A DNA stretch of 12,353 bases from Oligoflexia bacterium (GTDB lineage: Bacteria; Bdellovibrionota; UBA1018): contig JAYTHP010000142.1 of the NCBI GenBank assembly GCA_043732485.1, positions 1 through 12,353 of the forward strand, in the 5' to 3' direction. The position numbers were made by a program, and so were the translations under genes. Each line of letters starts with the position of its first letter. The stretch's first letter is position 1. The notes under the pieces were generated by a model. It searched no databases. It had not been told where the DNA came from and saw only the letters and a program-made list of their open reading frames with translations. Of this stretch, positions 7,288-12,353 are shown piece by piece.

Positions 7288-8063
7288 TGTAACGCCGTCC
7301 CTATGCGATTGCCATAAAAGCGAAAAAGACCTTCTTTGAGGTTAAAAATGAAGGACAGCCAAATCACCACCGCTTGCCCCTTCACCGACCGCAACGGCAC
7401 GAAGCCCCAAAACCGGCTGTCATTGGAGTAATCACGGTTATCGCCCATCACAAACAACTTCCCCTCAGGAACCGTCACCGGGCCAAAGGTATCCAGCCCA
7501 TAACTTTCTTTGTTCATGAAAATGGCGTGATCCGCCCCAAAAAGATGCTCGCGTGATAAATTAATCTCACTTTCCGTGTACTTAGGCTCATCTAAACTTT
7601 TAAAAGTCTGGTTCGCTTCCTCCTGCGGCACCGGGTCAGCCGTCACCTTCTGATGATTGACATACAGCTGGCGGTCGACGATCTCAATTTGATCTCCCGC
7701 CACCCCAATCACCCGCTTGATGAAATGCATGGTTTCATCCTTAGGATACATGAAAACAATCACATCACCGCGCTTCGGCGGCTGACGCTCAATCAGGTAG
7801 ATCGGATGATCCGTCGCCCAGTCAGAAAACGGAATCTTCAGCCCGTAAGCAAACTTGTTCACAAAGATATGATCACCCACAAACAGAGTGGGGATCATCG
7901 AGCCACTGGGAATCTTGAAAGCCTCAAAAACACTCGATCGCACCATGCAGACTAAGGTGAAGGCCAGCACCAAAGAGATGAGGTTTTCAAAGAAAACTTT
8001 TTTTTGCTCCTGCTCCCAAGTAAACTGAAACCAAGGCTTTTCTTTTTTTGTGGTTTGCGACAT
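7284..8063 (-). CDS. lepB: Signal peptidase I
   Basis: TM helix, IPSGSMIPTL (catalytic Ser), RGDVIVF, FIKRVIG (catalytic Lys) and GDNRDYSNDSRFWG. The stop overlaps the convergent gene's stop (CTAG). Confidence 0.97.
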   Translation of the reverse strand: MSQTTKKEKPWFQFTWEQEQKKVFFENLISLVLAFTLVCMVRSSVFEAFKIPSGSMIPTLFVGDHIFVNKFAYGLKIPFSDWATDHPIYLIERQPPKRGDVIVFMYPKDETMHFIKRVIGVAGDQIEIVDRQLYVNHQKVTADPVPQEEANQTFKSLDEPKYTESEINLSREHLFGADHAIFMNKESYGLDTFGPVTVPEGKLFVMGDNRDYSNDSRFWGFVPLRSVKGQAVVIWLSFIFNLKEGLFRFYGNRIGTALH

Positions 8064-8116
8064 CGTGTGAATTTAACCCACAAGGCACCGATTTTCAAGC
8101 AAAATGGGGAGGAACC

Positions 8117-9193
8117 ATGAGAACCCTAGACCTTTACTTAGCTAAACTGTTTCTCAAGAACCTACTGCTTGCGGCCGTCAGCCTCAGCACCCTGTTCTTC
8201 TTCCAAGGGATGCTCAATGACCTGTATAATCATGAGTTTGCAAGCCAAGACATTTTCATTCACCATGTTTTGAATCTGCCGCTGATTTTCGTCCAGATGA
8301 CCCCCCCGGCGGTTTTACTGGCCACCCTATTGACGCTTTCTGGTTTAAATCGCAGCCACGAGCTGATTGCCGCCCAAGCTATCGGCTACAGTCTTTGGCG
8401 TATTTGTGCCATCTTTTTCAGCCTGATCTTGTGCACGTCGGCCTTGATCTTGAAAGCCGAAGATACCCTGCTGCCGCAAGCTCATGCCAAGCGCACCCAG
8501 TTTTTTTGGCGCACGATGAAGAAAATTCCTGATTTTAACCTCAATTTGAACATGGAAAAAATCTGGTATCGCTCTAAGAACCTGATCTACAACTTACAAA
8601 AATTTGATCCCAAGCAGAACACCATTTCCGGGCTGACGATTTATCACTTTGATGATCAATTTCAGCTCACGCAGGTGACCACCGCGCAGCGCGCGACTTT
8701 TGACGGCCAACTCTGGCAGCTGCAGCAAGGCACCTTAAGTTTTTTCCAATCGGAAGAGGATTTTCCGACCTTTCAAGCCTTTCAAGAAAAAGCGCTGCGA
8801 CTGCAAGAAACTCCCGCCGATTTTATGAGCATTGAGCAAGAATCGGAAAGCCTTAATTTCCAGGACTTAGCCACCTATATTGGAAAAATGAAACAAGCAG
8901 GCGCCGACACTCGCAAGTTTGAGGTCAAATATCAGGCCCGCATCAGCACCGCTTTTATTGCGCTCGTCATGGGCCTGCTTGCGGTTCCCTTTGCCGTAGG
9001 CCACCGCAGGTCAGGCGGTTTAGCCAAGGATTTGGCGCTCTGCTTGATGATGACCTTTTTTTACTGGCTCTCCTACTCCGTCTCACTCTCTTTGGGCATC
9101 AGTGGCGTACTTAGCCCGGTCCTTGCGGCCTGGCTCCCAAGCTTGATCTTTTTTTTACTCGCCCAACTCCTGCTCCTCAGGAAACGCGCCTAA
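8117..9193 (+). CDS. lptG: LptF/LptG-family LPS export permease (LptG-like)
   Basis: MRTLDLYL start with GGGAGG SD, three TMs, LNRSHELIAAQAIGYS coupling helix, beta-rich periplasmic region (A..ATFDGQLWQL..G), three more TMs, and PVLAAWLP. The F versus G assignment is less certain than the family. Confidence 0.85.
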   Translation: MRTLDLYLAKLFLKNLLLAAVSLSTLFFFQGMLNDLYNHEFASQDIFIHHVLNLPLIFVQMTPPAVLLATLLTLSGLNRSHELIAAQAIGYSLWRICAIFFSLILCTSALILKAEDTLLPQAHAKRTQFFWRTMKKIPDFNLNLNMEKIWYRSKNLIYNLQKFDPKQNTISGLTIYHFDDQFQLTQVTTAQRATFDGQLWQLQQGTLSFFQSEEDFPTFQAFQEKALRLQETPADFMSIEQESESLNFQDLATYIGKMKQAGADTRKFEVKYQARISTAFIALVMGLLAVPFAVGHRRSGGLAKDLALCLMMTFFYWLSYSVSLSLGISGVLSPVLAAWLPSLIFFLLAQLLLLRKRA

Positions 9194-9253
9194 AGGCTAT
9201 CAGTCAACGCAACAAACACGCAAACCAGGAAACCATCCCCTCCCCCTATGGGC

Positions 9254-10204
9254 CTAAGAGTTCACCTCAAGAGCCGTCTGCTTTTTTTGTCTCGATGCTT
9301 TTTTTTTCAAGTGTTGACTGAGCTTCCTGAAGTGACCCCTCACAGTCGTCTCTCCCCTGGCAGCGGGCTCTCCCCCGACGGCCTGCAGCCGTTGATCGCG
9401 CAAGGACTGCAGTGCAGCCACGATCTCCGTCACTTGCTGCTCCACCAGGCAACGGCTATGGGTAACGTATCGCACCGCAAACTGATGATCCCCCTTGGGG
9501 CTCAGCCCTAAGATATAGGCCTCATCGCTCTTTTGCTCGCTAAAATGCGTGAGTGCTTGTAAAACCTGCTTGCCCGATTCCAGCAGTAACAGGTGCTCGC
9601 GCAAGGCTTCAGGGACCCCATTAATTACCGCATTTTTGATCATGTCTCTTAAAAAAAACGGCAGCCCTTCGGCCACCGCCAGCAGATAACCCACCGCCCC
9701 TAAGCGTCGACTGAGCTCACCTTGACAAAGCACCAGCGCTACCTTGGAGTTTGCGGTAAACCCCACCACCCACCAGAGGGTTTGCGGGAGCAGTGCTTCT
9801 GGTAGATGCGTCAACTGTCTGGCGCTCGTTTCGGCGTCTAGCAAAGGCAAGAGGGACTCGCTCACCTCTGTAGGCTCTCCCTTCTCAGCACTCTGTGACA
9901 CCCGAGTCTCAGCCTTAATCCCAGCCTCAGCCTCCGTCGCAGGCACCCTTTGCTCGCCCGCACCAACCCGACTCGCTGGAGTCGGCAGCGCTAGACTCGG
10001 AGGCGTGGCAGCTGCAGCCAAGGGGCTTGGTTCGTCCTCACGCGTCACGCCAAACGCCAGGCTCGTGCACCCTAGGACCAGGCATCCTAGGATCGGGCAA
10101 ACGAACCTAAAGCCTAAATGAAGCAGTCCGTAAACCCCACCAGCCAAGCGCCCTAGGGCAGGTTTTGCTAGATAGAGCAGGGCGTCAAGCTTTTTACCCG
10201 TCAT
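9254..10204 (-). CDS. Hypothetical protein, probably exported (hydrophobic N-terminus, disordered linker, helical domain, basic tail)
   Basis: 316-aa ORF filling the gap between lptG and priA. No confidently recognised family. Confidence 0.7.
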   Translation of the reverse strand: MTGKKLDALLYLAKPALGRLAGGVYGLLHLGFRFVCPILGCLVLGCTSLAFGVTREDEPSPLAAAATPPSLALPTPASRVGAGEQRVPATEAEAGIKAETRVSQSAEKGEPTEVSESLLPLLDAETSARQLTHLPEALLPQTLWWVVGFTANSKVALVLCQGELSRRLGAVGYLLAVAEGLPFFLRDMIKNAVINGVPEALREHLLLLESGKQVLQALTHFSEQKSDEAYILGLSPKGDHQFAVRYVTHSRCLVEQQVTEIVAALQSLRDQRLQAVGGEPAARGETTVRGHFRKLSQHLKKKASRQKKQTALEVNS

Positions 10205-10446
10205 GTTTTTTTCTCGTGTTTTCTCGCCCTGATTTCCCCGTCGGAGGCACCGTCAGCTCGTCAAGGTGCGAGCCTGCCAGGCAACTCGGGCGCCTTCGTG
10301 GGTCGTCTTTTTCTTAAACCAAGCTCATTCGCGTTCGCTGAATCTATCTACTACTTAGTTTAAAAAATATTACACAAAAAAGCTACTAAGAAAACACACT
10401 CACTCTCTCACCTACACAGGCCCTGCCACTTGCCTACTCTTTACGC

Positions 10447-12353
10447 TTACATCGAGTGGGGATCAATATCGACTTGCATGCGCCAGCGCTTGGCAAAAGC
10501 TAACGCCTGGGCCACCTGAACCGCCTGCTGCAGCGCTTGAATGGTCTTGGCCTTAATCACGATGTCCCAGCGAAAGCGATTCCCGCGCTTTTCAATCAAG
10601 GCCTCTGATGGACCCAAAACCTCAAGCCCCTGCTCGCAGCCTGGCGCCAAGCGTTCCTTCATCACCCTCACCACCTGCTCGGCCTGCTCCTTGACCTCCG
10701 CTCGCTTGTCGTCCTCAAGCCTGAGGCGGGCAAGCCTACCAAACGGCGGATAGGCCAGCAATTCCCGTAACTCAAGTTCCTGAGCGTAAAAGTCAACTTC
10801 TGGGTCAACTTGATCAAGAGTGCTGCTTGCTGCAGCACTCTTTCCCCCAGCTCCTGCTTGAATCAGCTGCAGTACCGGGTGCTCGGTTTGATAAGCCTGA
10901 ATCAGCACTCTCCCCAGCCGTGCACCGCGGCCCGCGCGACCGGCCACTTGCTTGAGCACCTGGTAGGCGCGCTCATTGGCCCGAAAATCCGGCCAACGAA
11001 ACAAGCCATCCGCTAAGACCACCACCACCAGCGTCACCCCTGGGAAATCATGCCCTTTCACCAGCATTTGAGTGCCAAGCAGCACGTTACCGACCCCTTT
11101 GCGAAAATCATCTAAGAGCTGATTCAACTTACGCGTTGTGGTAATTTGGTCACGGTCTAAGCGCAAAAACCTGGCGCCTTTGAGCAGGCGCGGCAATTCC
11201 ATCTCGAGACTCTCCGTCCCCGCGCCCATCTGAAACAAGTTAAAACTTTGACAGTGCGCACATTGATCATCCACCGCCCGCTGATAAAAGCATTGATGAC
11301 AACGCAAGCTCGACACTTTTTTATAGAGCGTCAGCGACACGCTGCAACAAGGGCACTGGATCGTCTTTCTGCAGTCCTTGCACATCACGTAGGTGGCAAA
11401 CCCCCGACGATTAAGATAAACCATCACCTGATTGCCTGCGTCAATTTCCGTTTGCATCTGCTGCAAGGTCACCACCGCCAGCGGTGCTTGCAAGCCCGGC
11501 ACCAGGGGCTCTTCCGTTAAGGAAACAATCTCCACTTGCGGCTCCCCTGCTGCAGAAAAGCGCTTGGCAAGCCTTGCGACCGCATACTTCTCAGCCCGCA
11601 CGTGCGCTAGCGTCTCAAGGCTCGGTGTGGCGGAGCCCAGAACGACTAAAGCTCCGGTAATTTTCCCGCGCACAATCGCCAAATCCCTGGCGTGGTATCG
11701 CACTCGGTCTTCTTGCTTATAGCTTGGATCATGCTCCTCATCGACAATGATCACCCCAAGCTCTCGCAGCGGCGCAAAAACCGCCGAGCGTGCTCCCACC
11801 ACCACCCGCACCACTCCTTGTTTTAAGGCCGACATTTGCTCTTGTAGTTTTTTGGGCGACACACCGGAATGCCACAACACCACAGGCTCACGCAAGACCG
11901 ATTGAAAGCGGTCGTGGAGCTGAGCGGTTAAGGCAATCTCCGGCACCAGCACCAAAACGCTCTGGTTACGACTCAACACCCGCTTGGCGTACTCCAGATA
12001 AACCTCAGTTTTCCCACTGCCCGTCACCCCGTGCAAGAGTAACACCCGCTGCTTCTGAGCCTGCTCCAGCTGAATTAAGCGCTCTAAAGCCGCCGCTTGT
12101 TGCTCGGTTAACACGAAGCCAGGCTGATCAGACAAGGGAGGTGGTACCGCGCCGCCGCCTCCCGCTTGAGTCAGCCGTTTTGGCTTGCGGCGAGGAGGGG
12201 AGTGGGAGGATTCTGCGCCGCGCTTAGCAGGCGCAAGTCGCGCCGCACAATTCAAGACCTCACCCAAAGGCGCTAAGTAATAGTCATGCGCCCAACAACA
12301 TAATTTAAAGAGATCCGCAGGCACATTTTGCTCCGCGTCTCCTACTTCGAGGA
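10447..12353 (-). CDS. priA: Primosomal protein N' (replication restart helicase), 5'-truncated by the window edge
   Basis: GVTGSGKTEVY, LVPEIALT, GARSAVFAP, DEEHDPSYKQ, LGSATPS, LNRRGF, four CxxC pairs, GTQMLVKGHDFP, QVAGRAGR, YPPF and DIDP. The frame stays open upstream of 12324 to the end of the window. Confidence 0.98.
   Translation of the reverse strand, partial: LEVGDAEQNVPADLFKLCCWAHDYYLAPLGEVLNCAARLAPAKRGAESSHSPPRRKPKRLTQAGGGGAVPPPLSDQPGFVLTEQQAAALERLIQLEQAQKQRVLLLHGVTGSGKTEVYLEYAKRVLSRNQSVLVLVPEIALTAQLHDRFQSVLREPVVLWHSGVSPKKLQEQMSALKQGVVRVVVGARSAVFAPLRELGVIIVDEEHDPSYKQEDRVRYHARDLAIVRGKITGALVVLGSATPSLETLAHVRAEKYAVARLAKRFSAAGEPQVEIVSLTEEPLVPGLQAPLAVVTLQQMQTEIDAGNQVMVYLNRRGFATYVMCKDCRKTIQCPCCSVSLTLYKKVSSLRCHQCFYQRAVDDQCAHCQSFNLFQMGAGTESLEMELPRLLKGARFLRLDRDQITTTRKLNQLLDDFRKGVGNVLLGTQMLVKGHDFPGVTLVVVVLADGLFRWPDFRANERAYQVLKQVAGRAGRGARLGRVLIQAYQTEHPVLQLIQAGAGGKSAAASSTLDQVDPEVDFYAQELELRELLAYPPFGRLARLRLEDDKRAEVKEQAEQVVRVMKERLAPGCEQGLEVLGPSEALIEKRGNRFRWDIVIKAKTIQALQQAVQVAQALAFAKRWRMQVDIDPHSM

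Noticed and set aside
6496..8116. Longer ORF-track starts for def (6523), the CFI-box gene (6496) and lptG (8048)
   Set aside because: They overlap the divergent neighbours. The downstream ATGs (6502, 6553, 8117) fit family N-termini or SD sites better.
10240..10298. glmS ribozyme or SAH riboswitch (GCGCCCGAG...TTGACGAG; CAGGCTCG on the minus strand)
   Set aside because: Core conserved segments are missing, and the downstream gene is not a cognate gene.
10354..10390. CTTAGT...ACTAAG inverted repeat as an operator
   Set aside because: It has only 6-bp arms with a long spacer in AT-rich DNA, which is expected by chance.
2283..12227. Numerous 60-170 aa ORFs overlapping the called genes (e.g. 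5498..6010+, 4686..5120+, 11790..12227+)
   Set aside because: They are antisense or alternative-frame shadows of well-supported genes and have no recognisable motifs.

Overview
Bacterial chromosomal window. The gene content suggests a diderm, probably a Bdellovibrionota/Oligoflexia- or deltaproteobacterium-like lineage (inference only). Bases 1 to ~1830 are a decayed island: the 3' end of an IS5-family transposase pseudogene, a shattered eukaryote-like 28-29 aa leucine-rich-repeat (LRR) gene on the minus strand, and a decayed IS3-family transposase. The probable 5' end of the LRR gene (SD, ATG, signal peptide) appears to survive on the far side of the IS3 remnant. The rest is tightly packed: exported phytochelatin-synthase-like protein, Flp/TadE-type pilin with a C-terminal CxxC, TlpA-type thioredoxin, def-fmt-rpe, a CFI-box-CTERM protein, lepB, a lone lptF/G-family permease, an orphan exported protein, and priA (cut by the window edge). 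The most unusual signals are three. (1) A chain of three ATGA-coupled mini-ORFs, built from a 14-bp tandem repeat, runs into the fmt start codon. (2) Def, Fmt, Rpe and PriA carry in-frame low-complexity insertions that repeatedly coincide with DNA inverted repeats. (3) There are hints of a secreted eukaryote-like effector repertoire. All calls are from manual motif reading; no database searches were run.
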